A stretch of DNA of 64,000 nt from Intoshia linei. Taxonomy: Eukaryota > Animalia > Orthonectida. The notes under the pieces were generated by a model. The model was not told the DNA's origin, searched no databases, and was given only the letters and a program-made list of their open reading frames with translations. The position numbers were made by a program, and so were the translations under genes. Shown piece by piece: positions 51,201 through 63,769 of this stretch (the stretch's first letter is position 1; every line of letters starts with the position of its first letter). The stretch is from NCBI GenBank assembly GCA_001642005.1, contig LWCA01000012.1, positions 1 through 64,000 of the forward strand, given 5' to 3'.

Positions 51201-54200
51201 GATTATACGGATATTTTAATGTTTAATGTTTCTAATACTATAACTAAAAGCCAGAAAAAGCGTTCCGGTAATATAAAGATAAAGGCTAAGAGATGTTCTG
51301 ATTTTTCTCGATTGGAGAAAAGCCTTGAAAAACTAATACGAGTTCCAAACATTAAATCCATTATTGGAAGATACCTTGCGGTGATATGACCTCGTTGTTA
51401 TAGAATGCTCCATATCAAGAATGGTATGGGACATTGTACATCTCACATTGAAAACTTACAAGCTCCTCATCCTTCAAAAAATGTGCTGGTACCTAAAAAT
51501 TTCGATTTTCGGACGGTCACTGACAGTTATTTTGAAAGTGACGTCTTCGTGGATGAGTCATATGATGAGCCAATTATTAAAAAGGTGACAGGAGTTTCAT
51601 CTTGTATTTTGCCACAAAGGTGTAATTGTTGCTTATGCTTTTTGAAAAGACACGCTTATACTTTAATTCCTTCTTTAAATGTAGCCATGACAAATGAGAT
51701 CGCCGATTCATCGAGTCCAAGTGTTACGAAATAAAGCGTCACTTGAGTACATTGACGATGAGTTAGTTACAAATACCATAGATATAATTAATAAACATTA
51801 GCTCAAATTGCAAAAGGGTATTATTTAAATGTAAAAGTGGGCCTGTGTTTTTGTCATTATATGTGAAACAAAAATTATGGTGTTAATTTAGAAGGCATTT
51901 CTCATGTCATACGGGGGTGTATTTTATTAATTTTTAAAATTCGATAAAAAAGTTAACACTCTACGTGTACACTGTACAGTTCTTATCATTATATGTATAT
52001 TATGGGATTCACAGCCAGTCCTTTTGGCCAAAAATCTTCCTAACATTACAAACATACACAAAATATGTCATATCTGTCTGCATAACAACCTTAATGTTGT
52101 GTAATATAAAATTGAGATCATTGATTGGTTCCGACTTTATTTGCTCTATATTTGATTTACACCGCATATACAGTGCAAGAGGGCCAAAGAGTTAATTGTA
52201 TTTGTGGCTAGTAAAATGTAAAAAGTATATACCTTGAAGCGTATGCCATCGGCAAAGCTATCTACTAGTTATACAAAGTACATAACAGACAAGCTAGTTA
52301 AATTTAACATAAAACGATGAATATATTCAAAAGCTAAATTTTAGATAAGTATAATTGTTATAATTATAATTTAATGATATAGAGTGGCGTATTAGTAGGA
52401 ATAATACGTGGCTGTGACTGTCCAATTTTAATTAAGACTGTAAAAGAAAAACTAAGCGACGAAATGCGAGTTATGGACGGAGTATTTGATAGAATCGCAG
52501 TAATAATAAAAAAATTTAAACTATTTAAAAAAATACTCATTTGAATTTAATGGTCAGTAACTTACAAATAATGTGAATATATATTTTCGGTTTTATGGTT
52601 CAAAAAATCCTCATAAATAATATAAATCGGGTGAAAATAATATGACCTTCCCTATTAATCACTAATTTTTAATGTATAATCCATAACATAAGATATTTTT
52701 TCAAAATTAAAATTTTAACCTCCCTAACTTTTAATAACTTGTAAAACAGGCTGCGCCAATCAACTACTAATATAAATCTAATGTTTGCATTGCTGATATA
52801 ATATTATATATATTTAGGTTAAAGACCCTGAAGTTGATATATCATTCAGTGATATGGGTATATTCAATTCACTTTTAATTAAATTGTCAACTTTAGATAA
52901 CACAATATGCACTGACGGAGAAATTATCATCTTAGATCCGATTTCTAATCTATTATTGACAGGTTTAATTAAAATTTAATTAATATAACAGTATATGGCG
53001 TTATGTACCTTGTAATGTGTTATGAATGAATGTGCCCACGCTACAATTGTGATCAGGGATTGGAACCGATTATTTTAATCATCACAGCAATTTCTGTTGC
53101 ATTTAAGTTTTCTGGGTATAAGTAATAAATACAAGTACAGTATTCTTTTTCTAATATGCTTTTTGTTTGGCGTCTCAACTTGGGACTTATGAACAGCGGT
53201 TCTCAACATACTTCACAGTTGGTACCCTTAAACTAAAAAAAATATAATTTGGTACCCCATATTAATTTCTATTTATATTAACTATGATACTATGTGAATT
53301 AAAAAAAATCAAATAAAATAAATAGTTAAATTCTACTTCATCAAAAAGAAATACATAAATGTATTATGAAATTTTAAAAATATTTATAATTTATGAATCA
53401 TAAAGTGTGAGTCATAGGATGAGACGAACTGGTACCCCAAAATAATTTATGGTACCCTTAGGGAGTACCAGTACCCCATTTGAGAACCGCTGCTTTAGAA
53501 ATATTAGAGAATATTAGAATATGAACAGTGTGCATATGCGAATTGATTAAAATGTAAAAATTTTTTTACATGGTACATAGAAGTGTCATATTGTAAAATG
53601 ATGGGCAAGGCAAATTAATGGGAGAATACTGTATTACAATGATTACGTTTATTCCATTTACTCATTTCATGTTAGTCACATGTCTAAACTATTATATTTT
53701 AAACATTCTACAGAGTGTAGTCGTAACGTATTTATGCTATATTAATTAAAATTTAAGATATATCGGATGATCCATCATCAAATGTACCTACAATAGCAAT
53801 TTTGAAACCTGATGTTGTAAAGCAAGGAAAAGTTGATGAAATTTTGAATAAAGTAATTTTCTATCAATAATATAATATTTATTTTTAAATTATATTAATG
53901 GATTTAGATAATTGAAAAAAATTTTGAAATAGCTGATAGAGTAGATAAAACGTTAACCGAGGAAGAGGCACGTGAATTATATAAGAATAAATCTGAAATG
54001 GTAAATATTTAATTCAACAGTGTTTCCCAATCAGTAACTATAATCAGTATTTTCTTCAGCACGTTTAGCAATATTTAGTACACTGTAAATGTATTCATAA
54101 TTAAAGTATCATATAGTGTAGCAGCTCTCTGTAGCTCACATATTATTGTATTTTAACAATTCAAAATTTATTAGTAAATTTATTAACAACGTATTAAGAA

Positions 54201-57200
54201 CCTACTAAATATGTTGTACCTGTGAATAGTGGTTGCTCTGGCCCGAATTGGGTATAAAATAAAATATCTAATTAAACGGCATTGACTAACACAATTAATA
54301 CTAACCTAACTTTTATACAATCCTACGCAATTTTTGTTTGTGTATGTGTGTCACGCTTTATTTAAATAACTACCAGTCTTTGAATTTTTTTAAAGACAGC
54401 ATTTCAATTACAGTTTTTTTCGGGACGTATAATAAGATAAATTTCAACCTCCCAATTTCACATCTTAGGGTCAAAAACCCCAGTTGTTCCTCTTTTTGAA
54501 AATCAAACGAGTTGGAGAATTTAAAAAAATATATAAGTTGATGCGCATTTTAAAATCATAAACATTATCATAAATTTAAATATAAAAAAAATTATATCTT
54601 CATGGCCAAAACCCCAAATTACCCTTCTTTTTTTAATGAAAACAGTTAGAATTTAAAAAATACAGGTGGTACAGTTGTATCCTATCAAGACAAACAAAAA
54701 ATTTCAATCTGAATAAGTTACGCCTTCACGGTCAAAAAAACATTTTAGTATGCATATTTTTTTTTCTGAAATATTTTATTAAAATAAAAAATCTGAAATA
54801 ATTAACGGTCCGAAAATTAAAAAAAAAAATTATTCTGATAGAGCTTATTCCAGTTGACATAAATACAAAATATCAATTGCAAAAAATCAACGCATTCCCA
54901 GTGAAAAATAATTTTTAATATATTATCAACCAATATTTTTCAAATATTTCGAATAAATTGAAAATGTAAATATTGATCCTACAATTTCAAAAAAAATGTG
55001 CATTTTACGTCTATACATTTCCAATAAAGAAATATGGGTGAAAATCTATATAATTTATTCCTTCGGAATTATTTGGATGATTTTCTCACGAATGCAGTTT
55101 TTCACGTTAAACTGAAAGTTAGCGTTGTTTATTTAAGTTTCGATGATGCCAATAAAAACGATTGAGAGAGTTGAGAGTTAAGAGAAATGGTTGTTTGATT
55201 TTGAAACGGAAAACACTGATTATCATATTCACCGAAACGCTTTATTTCATAATTATCTATTCAATCAATTATAAAATAATTTTCAATTTCTCAAATATTA
55301 TTTATAGCCAGAGTTTGAAAAATTAATAGAATTTATGACCAGTGGACCCATTGTAGCACTATTAATATGTCGCAAAGACAATGAAAACGCTATAGAAGAA
55401 TGGAGAAAGATTTTAGGTCCTACTATAATAGAGGACGCTAAAATAGAACAACCTGATTCGTATATTTTTTTTTAATTTTTCATATCTTTCTAGACTACGC
55501 GCTCAGTACGGAACTGAAAACATTATGAATGCATTGCATGGAAGTTCCAGTATTAACGATGCTAGATCGTAATAAATATATAACTAAAAATATCACATTT
55601 ATGCATTAGTTATTAAGTGTGTCCATACGTCTAACGCACCGGTTCCCAACGTACTTCCATTTGGCACCTACAGTGTAGGTAGTGATAGGTCCTAACTCCA
55701 ACAAAAGTTTCTTACGCTGTCATATTTTATATTTAATGTAACTATGTCATCATATTTATTAAAAAATTAAAATAAATATATGATTTTTAACCTTTACTTC
55801 ACCAAAAAATAATGTATAAGACCTCTCGGCATCTCAGTACCCTCATGTGTAAAGCATTGGTATGAGGGTCCATGAAAACCCTGGCAAGAATCATTACATT
55901 AATTTTACATTTATTTCTTAAAATAATGATATTATCATATCAATACGATAATGTATACTTTAATAGAGAGCTCGGTTTCTTTTTTCCTAAATATATTGAG
56001 AAGGCTAAAGAATTACAGAAAATGCCAGATCGAACAATTGCAATTATTCGACCTACAGCATTTAAAACATTTAAAGATGAAATATTAAAATCGATTGAAG
56101 AATCAGGGTTTACTATAGCTATTCAGAAAACAATGCTACTAACACAAGATCAACTAGATATGCTTTATGGTCATGTAAAGGAAAAACCAGAGATTTATGA
56201 CGAACTCCAAAAGGAAATGCTTAGGTAAATTGATATATTTATAGATTCTACTGTAGACTGTGTAGAGCAGGGTCGGCAACCTTTTGCATCTCGTGGACCA
56301 CGTTTTTAATAATTTACATATGATACATTTCAATTTTAATTAAAGTGAAACGGTTTCAGTATATTCAATAAAATAAAATTCGGCGATATTTGAAAATTCA
56401 GTATTAAAATGATTATAATGAGCCAATTGTAGTAGAAAATGGGTCACCAAAATTATTAAATAAATTATTCTGTGGGCAACTGTTTGCCGACTCCTAGTGT
56501 AGAGTAACTATTAGGGGTGTTTCATAATTTTATATGTTACGTTCAATGTAAGGAAAATAAGGACTTATTCATAAATGGTCATATAAAAAAAATATATATC
56601 TTCACTTCCAAAACCACAAATGACTCTTCTTTTTTTTTTTAAAAAATGAAAAAGTGTTAGAATTTAATAAAAACACAACTACATCCAGTCAAAATCAATA
56701 AATTAAATATTTCTTAATTTCTGGGACTGCCATTTTTTAAATAAATGGTTACCACATTTTTAACAATTCTTACTTTATACATCATGTATATGCAAGGATT
56801 TTGCCAAATCGGGTATAAATTTAGTTTAGTTCATATTAGTTAATATTATTAAAATTAATAAAATAATATAATTAGTGGAGAATCATTAGTGTTGGGACTA
56901 GCAAAAAAGGACGCAATACAAAATTGGCGTAATTTGATTGGGCCAATGGATTCCGAATTTTGCCAAGAAAACACTGAGACAACAGATAAAAAATTACGAG
57001 AAACATTTGCAATAGAGAACAGTAAAATTAATCCCCTCCATGGAGCAGATTCTTGTGAAACGGCAGAAAAAGAATACAACATGTTTTTCAAAGAAGAAAA
57101 AACTATAGCTTTAATTAAACCTGGTCACAAAGAAGATGATGGTATACTATAATTTATAATCATTATCAGTCGGGTCAAAGGGCTATTTCTCGATTTTTGT

Positions 57201-60200
57201 ATATTTTTTTTTACTCACTTGAGCAATCCTAGATCACTATGTATTACTTATATCACGGTGGGAATGTGCAGCCTTAGTGACGATTAGGTGCAGCTTTCAT
57301 TTGAAAATATGCCATATTCTCTATTTTTTAAATTAATTTACATTTTCAATTTGGCAGTTTAAAATATCAATTTAATTATTTTATATTTCAATTTTAGCCT
57401 ATCATACTTTTCATATTTAAGTAAAAATATAAGTGAAAGCATCAATTTAATTTTATATTCTAAGACGCTTATTGCATGTGGCCTTATGTTTGAAATTGGT
57501 TCCCAACCACAAATTACATAATAAAATTTCGGATCTCATTTGATAATTCACTATTTTGGAAGAAAGATTGAAAGATTTAGATTTCAAAAAAAAAAGTTAA
57601 AATCAATTTATATTACATTTTGATTGATTTTATAATTATGTATGTCAAGCACGAGTCATAAATATTTATTTTACCAATTTATATTTTTATATCATTTTTA
57701 CAAATAGGCGTACAGTGGTAATTCGATCGTAAATACAGCTAATTGCATAATAAATTTCTACAATAATTCTAATAACCAAGGCCTAATTTAATTAGCATCA
57801 ATATGTTCTTTACTTGAATTAACCGTTATATATATATATATTATTAATAACAATCAAAATTCGTTTAAAAATCGTTTTTCAATTCAATTGTTATTGTTAT
57901 AATACAAAAATAATTACCTAATATGGCAGCATTTTAAATTGTCTAGAAAATCTTCAATTTTTGGTGGCCCTAGTCTCTACCCATTTATATCTCTAAACCT
58001 ATCAGCCTGTACTTTACGGTGGTGGCGGCATGAAGCGTCAAAAAAGATGAATAATATGATCATTGATAATTTTTTTAATATTTTATTTTTTTTGTGAACG
58101 ATAGTTGGAACGCCGAAATAAACTAGAAGGGAGTATAATATAATGCATTATAATGTTTGATTTAGAAATTATAAATGAAATTAAAAATTCTGGTTTCTCT
58201 ATTTTGTCTTCCGAAAAGAAAGAAATTTCATTGTCGATTGCAGAAACAATATATGAAAATTGTAAGGACAGGGATTATTATGAAGATTTGCTTTCTTATA
58301 TGACCAAGTAAATTATTTTTGACATAAAGTTAACTGTAAAAATATAAATCGGTCACATTGAGATTAAAAAATACTTTTTGTTTACGGTGTTGTTGATTAA
58401 AATGAATTTTTTTGATATGATAGGATGAAATATATAAAAATTATTACACTGTGCAATAGGGTGTTAACTTTTACAATTTCTAAAAAAAGCATATTTCAAT
58501 TTTTTAGTCTAGGTTTTTTACTGTAATTTTATGCTAAACAAAATGATAAAAAAATTTATTACTATATATTTATAAATATTAATATTGATTATTAGATTTT
58601 TTTTTAAATTATTTCCAACTACACGTAATTTAAAATGCAATTAATAAAATTAAAATGACTAGATTTTATTATATGCTTTAGCGGTAAAACATTGGTCATG
58701 TTATTATCTAAAAATAATGCTGTAAACGATTGGAGGGAAAAGATGGGTAATGTCGATCCTAAAATTGCAAAAACTGAAAATGTTGATAGTATCCGAGCAA
58801 AATATGGCGATGATGTTTTAAAAAATGGTATTTTATGAAGCAAAATATTTAAAATATACATCATAACTTGTGATCTACTAGTGTTGATGATTATCTACAA
58901 CAGGGATGCCCAATCTGTCGATCTCAAATGATTTTCTAGTAGATCGCCAAAATTAGAAAATTAGAATTATTTTTTTATTTTAATAATATTCGTTATTAAA
59001 ATGATATCTATTTTCATATTCATATATATAATTTATTTTTAATATTGTTAAAATTTGTACACATTTCAATAAATGCGATGTAACTTGTTTAAATCGTTGT
59101 TATATATAAATTAGTCCACTATTTCTTAAATTATGTTTTGACGATAATTTTTAAATATACAGCGAAAGTGCTTGGAATTATTTCGAATTTTAATTTTTAT
59201 GCTTTCTACAATCACACTAAAAATATTTAGTTGAACGTTTTATATTGGATTACGCTAGGCGATTTTTTTGAAATAGGTTCCGATCAGAAACATTTTTCAA
59301 GTCAATGTATTAGTCGATCGCCACTAATTGAAAAATTTTAATTTTTGCATCAAAAAAAGGTTGGGCACCCCTCATCTATAATGAGTAAATGACGTTTCCT
59401 AAACATTTTTTTGAAATGTGTAATTATTAACAGCAGTAAATAAATTTTTTTACAGTCCTTTAATGGGTTTTTCAGTCGACATAGTTTTGACCCATGTAAA
59501 AATATTTTGTTATGACTCATGACATTGCATAGAAAAAAGTAACAACCAAAATCCACCGTTACTTAGTTACTACGGTGTATATGTTTTAAAATACAGTTAG
59601 CGTGTAAAATTCAAACCGTATCGTTGAGGCCCGATAATTAGATAATTTAAATACTAATACACAATTATAATGATGTCAAATATAGTGGTTCACGGAAGCA
59701 GTAACCTCGACAGAGCAAAAAAAGAATTGAAATTACTACTGGGAAACACGAGTGAATTTTTAGAAAAATTTGAAAAAGACTCGTGTAATAAAATTTAATT
59801 TTATAAATCAATTAATTACTCAATATAGCCGCTCAAACTGAGGAAAAAGTAAACAACGAAGAAAACCGGGATATGGAAGATGAAAAAGTTCAAGGTGATA
59901 AAAAATCGACTGATGGTGTTGAACCTGAAGAAACCATCGAAAATTTTGAAAATGAATTAAAAACAGAAACCGATCCAGAAAAAGTAGATGATACCGATGT
60001 TGAAAACCCGGATCAAACCAATATAGACAAGGATACACAGGAAAATACAGCAGATCAAGAAGTTTTAACCAAAGACGAACAAATCGATGATACTACAGTA
60101 GAAAATACAGACGTCAAAACTGTAAACGATACGGATATTATTCAAGAAACTAAAAAAGAGCAAGACAAAAAAAATGAAGCTGATATGATTGAAGAAACAA

Positions 60201-60712
60201 CTCCAGAAAAACAAGATGATAATGAACCTGCTATTGTTGAAAATGAAATGTCTGAAAAAAAGCAAGAAACTGATATCGATAAAGAAAATGAAATTACCGA
60301 GCCTGTTGAAAATAAGGACGGTACGAATTTAGAATTGGAAACAAAATCTAGTTTAAACCAAGAAAATGTTGAAAAGGTGGAATCGAAATCACAAGACGCA
60401 AATTCTGGTACCAAAGACGTTAAAGAAGAATCAATAAAAGATCAAACTAATAATGATAACGAATCTTTGAAAAGTGAAAAACGTTCAGTCAAATCAATAA
60501 AATCCAATAAATCTTTGAAATCAAATAAATCTGTGAAATCTACAAAGTCGAATAAAAGCAAGACATCGATGAAATCGAATAGCTCAATTAAAGAAAGAAT
60601 CAAACCTGATAAATCGAGCCAAGGTAGTGTTAAAAATGTTCAAGATGAAAAGTCTGAATCGATAAAATCCAAAAAATCAAATGTCAGCAAGAAAAAATCA
60701 AAAAAGACGTAA
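48297..60712 (+). CDS. NME8: NME8/TXNDC3-like thioredoxin + 3 NDK domain protein with acidic then basic tail (about 899 aa). Exons 48297-48387, 48492-48595, 49598-49669, 52383-52499, 52818-52857, 52897-52962, 53758-53852, 53908-54000, 55308-55459, 55494-55568, 55967-56224, 56876-57141, 58166-58307, 58682-58827, 59686-59784, 59829-60712
   Basis: Trx VIDVYQKWCGPV; three NDK repeats (TIAILKPD...MTSGP...NALHGS; TIAIIRP...NPLHGAD; TIALIKP...NVVHGS); 2700 nt in frame. Architecture as in NME8 and sea-urchin dynein IC1. Confidence 0.92.
50582..51963. mobile_element. TAGG-ended TIR element in NME8 intron 3 carrying a TGA-interrupted non-transposase ORF (51162-51734)
   Basis: Ends TAGGTGTTAACTTTT / AAAAGTTAACACTCTA; subterminal inverted CAGGCCCAC / GTGGGCCTG; related TAGGGTGT(C/T)A ends at 6741, 19046, 58457 and reversed at 29353. 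Confidence 0.55.
53138..53631. mobile_element. pogo-like MITE with nested hAT MITE (53194-53492)
   Basis: Outer TA|CAGTATTCT...AGAATACTG|TA; inner CAGCGGTTCTCAA / TTGAGAACCGCTG with TSD CTTATGAA/CTTTAGAA. Confidence 0.8.
54303..55070 (+). mobile_element. Helitron-like family copy, 5' end present and 3' truncated
   Basis: Starts with the family 5' motif (..CTAACTT..TAC GCAATTTTTGTTTGTGTATGTGTG) and is collinear with 40960-41460. Confidence 0.7.
56268..56496. mobile_element. hAT (Buster-like) MITE
   Basis: Exact TSD GTGTAGAG; TIR CAGGGTCGGCAA / TTGCCGACTCCTA. Confidence 0.85.
58901..59373. mobile_element. hAT (Buster-like) MITE
   Basis: TSD ATCTACAA/ATCTATAA; TIR CAGGGATGCCCAA / TTGGGCACCCCTC; subterminal GATCG motifs. 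Confidence 0.85.
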
Positions 60713-60765
60713 AACAATAAATTTATTATGACTACAAAAAGTAGAGTGTATTTACATAATACAAG

Positions 60766-62036
60766 TTAATTATATTCTCCACTTAATGACGTAACTCTAT
60801 TTTTAAGTTCCAAGTACATAACTTGCGATTTAAATGCTAATAATTTTGTTTTCGAAATTAAATTGGAATAGAATGAAGTGTCTTTGTTTCCGATAATTAT
60901 AATTCCCTAAAATTTAAAAATTTTTGTTTAAGTAATTTTTTACATAATTGACAGTTCAATACTGCAACGGGTACGGTGGGCCGAGTTAATATTTTCATAT
61001 AATACTTTACTTACATAAATGTTAAATGGTATTTTTTATCAGTAGTACCGATTCGGTACTAAAACAATAATATTTAAACGGTACGAAAAACTGATGGTCA
61101 TATATGATTCGCAACCACCAAAAAATTACGGTGGGTACATTTGTTAATTAACAATATTGAACCAGCAATTTTAAACAGTAGAATACCTTTTTAGAATCAA
61201 TTTTAACATTTTCTCTTTTTAATAAACTGACAACCCATCGTTCAGCATCATCCAAATCCAAATTTAACCATTCACTCAACATTCTAAGTAAAACATTAAA
61301 AATGATATTTAAGCAAAAAGTACTGCAGACTAATAATTTTATGAATTCTACTAAACACTTCAAATAGTAATCTTCTAGCTCCATTTACAAAGTCATCATA
61401 AGCGCTCGGGAATGAATCTTCACATAAAAAGTAGTCGATTTCGAAAATCTAAAAATGTACATACTACAATGAAACCCTAGATTTCACATAAAGGGATTTA
61501 AACCCAGCTTATAGAATATGGCTTGAATTCCCGTGCATCGGGATTCACGCCCAACGCGATGTGTCTTAATTTACACAGTAAATAAATTGATGCTACAATA
61601 GCATAAATATGTGCTTAAAAAAAACGAACATAAATTTTACTTTAGTTTAGTTTCATAAATTACATCCTAATAAACACTGAAATACTAGACTTAGGGGTCA
61701 GAAACAATAAATGTACAATAGTTCATAGAAAACATCAAAATCAAAATACCTTTTTACATTCATCCAAATTTTTTCGAGCAGAATCAAAGTCAAAATCCGA
61801 AAACAAAGCCAACACAAATTCGGTAATAGGGTCTGAATAAATCTCTCTTTCCTAAATAAAAATAATCAATTAAATCTAAAAATACATCAATTATATTATA
61901 ATTAAATATCTTTCAAATTACCGCTTCCAAAATTTTAACAAGATCTTTAATTGCATTGCGTTTATTGCTTGAAACAACAGTAAATGCATAATATCTAAAC
62001 ATATAAGGACAACAATTTTGCATAGCATTCATGTAC
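60766..62036 (-). CDS. EIF3E: Translation initiation factor eIF3 subunit E, 3' five exons (61922-62036, 61750-61851, 61324-61448, 61187-61283, 60766-60906); 5' part not found in the window
   Basis: YMNAMQNCCPYMFRYY...IKDLVKIL...YSDPITEFV...FDFDSA...ARRLLFEVFSRIH...AERWVVSL...KIDSK PCI-domain motifs. Confidence 0.93.
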
Positions 62037-63059
62037 CTAAAAATATATAAAAAATTATCAATATTCATGAAAATAGTTAAATTTAATGATACACACTAAT
62101 ACTCGGCTCGGTGCGGTTACTACACTTCTCATATAACAAAACAATTCAAACTATTCATCTTATAATATAACTAGTATACTTATACAAATAATGTAAACAT
62201 TTTTCATTAATTTTATAATCTACTACTTGAATGTTATGTACTTCCCACAAATAGAAACTAGTTGAGCTAGCTAGCTCTGCCCAAGGTATTAACAATAATA
62301 GTATATAATAATAATAAGGTATAATCAATAACCCTGGGCGATATCGTCTACTTGAAAACCCCTGGTGTACATTATCCTAATGTATTAAAGTGTTTAGAAA
62401 AAATTTTTCTCTAAAGGGTTGGTAAAATTAGATTTTTTTCAAAATTAATTGAGACAATGTATATTTAAAAAAATTAATCGATAAATGTATTGAAATATTG
62501 GCGAAGATACAAACCAAACAAAATTTCGAAAGATAAATTGTCTTATTATTAAAAAATTGATGGAAGAGGTATCCAAAATGGCAGCCATGGATAATTTCTC
62601 ATTTAATAGAATAGCAAAAAGCGATTTTATTCACTTGGCATTATATAACTAAGAAAAGATCCTAAATATCACCCGATGTTGTTAATGCTTTGGTGTTTTT
62701 GAAATTCTACTTTATAAACAAAAATAAATAATATAACAGTAATAATTGTAATTAATTTTTCAATTAAATTAGTTTATTATTTTTCATCGATAAAAATATT
62801 TTGATAAATTGCCAACACTAGTCATGATACTGTAAAAATCTGAGATTGGATTTAAGATAATGTTCATGATTTTAAAAACTGTCTCCGAATGAGTTTTTGA
62901 GGTTGACAGTTATGATATCTCAATGATTTTAAAACTATATGCCTTGGTGTCGGAGATTCAAATACAATATACAAACATTTTTATCAACTTTTATTTATTT
63001 TTATAAAATTTCTCCTATTTATTATAAAGTAGCTAGAAGTTGGGATATTATCCCATAGC

Positions 63060-63420
63060 CTAGCCGACCGCAACATTATTATTTCAAAAATCCTACTTTT
63101 ATCTCACCATTAATATAAAATACCAATTTCAACCTTCAGGAAAAAATAGATTTTTACTAATATTTTTTTGAAATCCAATTTTATCAAATAGATAAAAAAT
63201 CTAATGTAAGGGCAAAATCCCCTTTTTCAAATATTTATTTTAAATAACCGATTTTACCAAATTTTATGAGCAACAACTTCTTAATCCATAACCCATTAAA
63301 AAAAATTCCAATTTTACCAAATCCTATGAGTAGCAACTTCTTAATATAAAACCCAAAATAGAAAATCCAATTTGACCAACCTAATTTAAGTGGAAAATCA
63401 GTTTTTCCAATATTTTTTAT
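63060..63420. repeat. Degenerate AAAAATCCAATTTTACCAA subrepeat array (TE-internal)
   Basis: Same unit as in 16340-16620 and 38290-38830. Confidence 0.6.
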
Positions 63421-63769
63421 ATTTCATGCTTCTTTTGGGGTCAAAAAAAAATAAATATTTTGAAATGAAGTCTGTATTAGTGTGTTCAACTTAGTTTTTT
63501 TAGAAACTCAGTGGTACTTTTTTCAAATTTTAATAAAAGTAATTTAAAAAATTTGATTAATTTTAAGTTTTCGTTCACACAACGTAAAAAAGCAAAAATA
63601 AAATTATTGTTACTGATTTTCGATAGAAATGAGAAATAAATGATATTTAGAGGAAGATAATATCCGAATTTTATAAGAAAGTAATAGATAATTAAATTTG
63701 TGATTAACAAAAGATTGGTTATAAATTACTTTTTGTTGTATTTTAAAATTCAGTTTTAATTAATTAAAA

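Noticed and set aside
59820-60414. Minus-strand ORFs opposite the NME8 last exon, and similar shadow ORFs over the serpin and Ig tail
   Set aside because: Antisense or alternative-frame shadows of real coding exons
62520-62700. hAT transposase fragment (MAAMDNFSFNRIAKSDFI)
   Set aside because: Too short and broken to support without a database search
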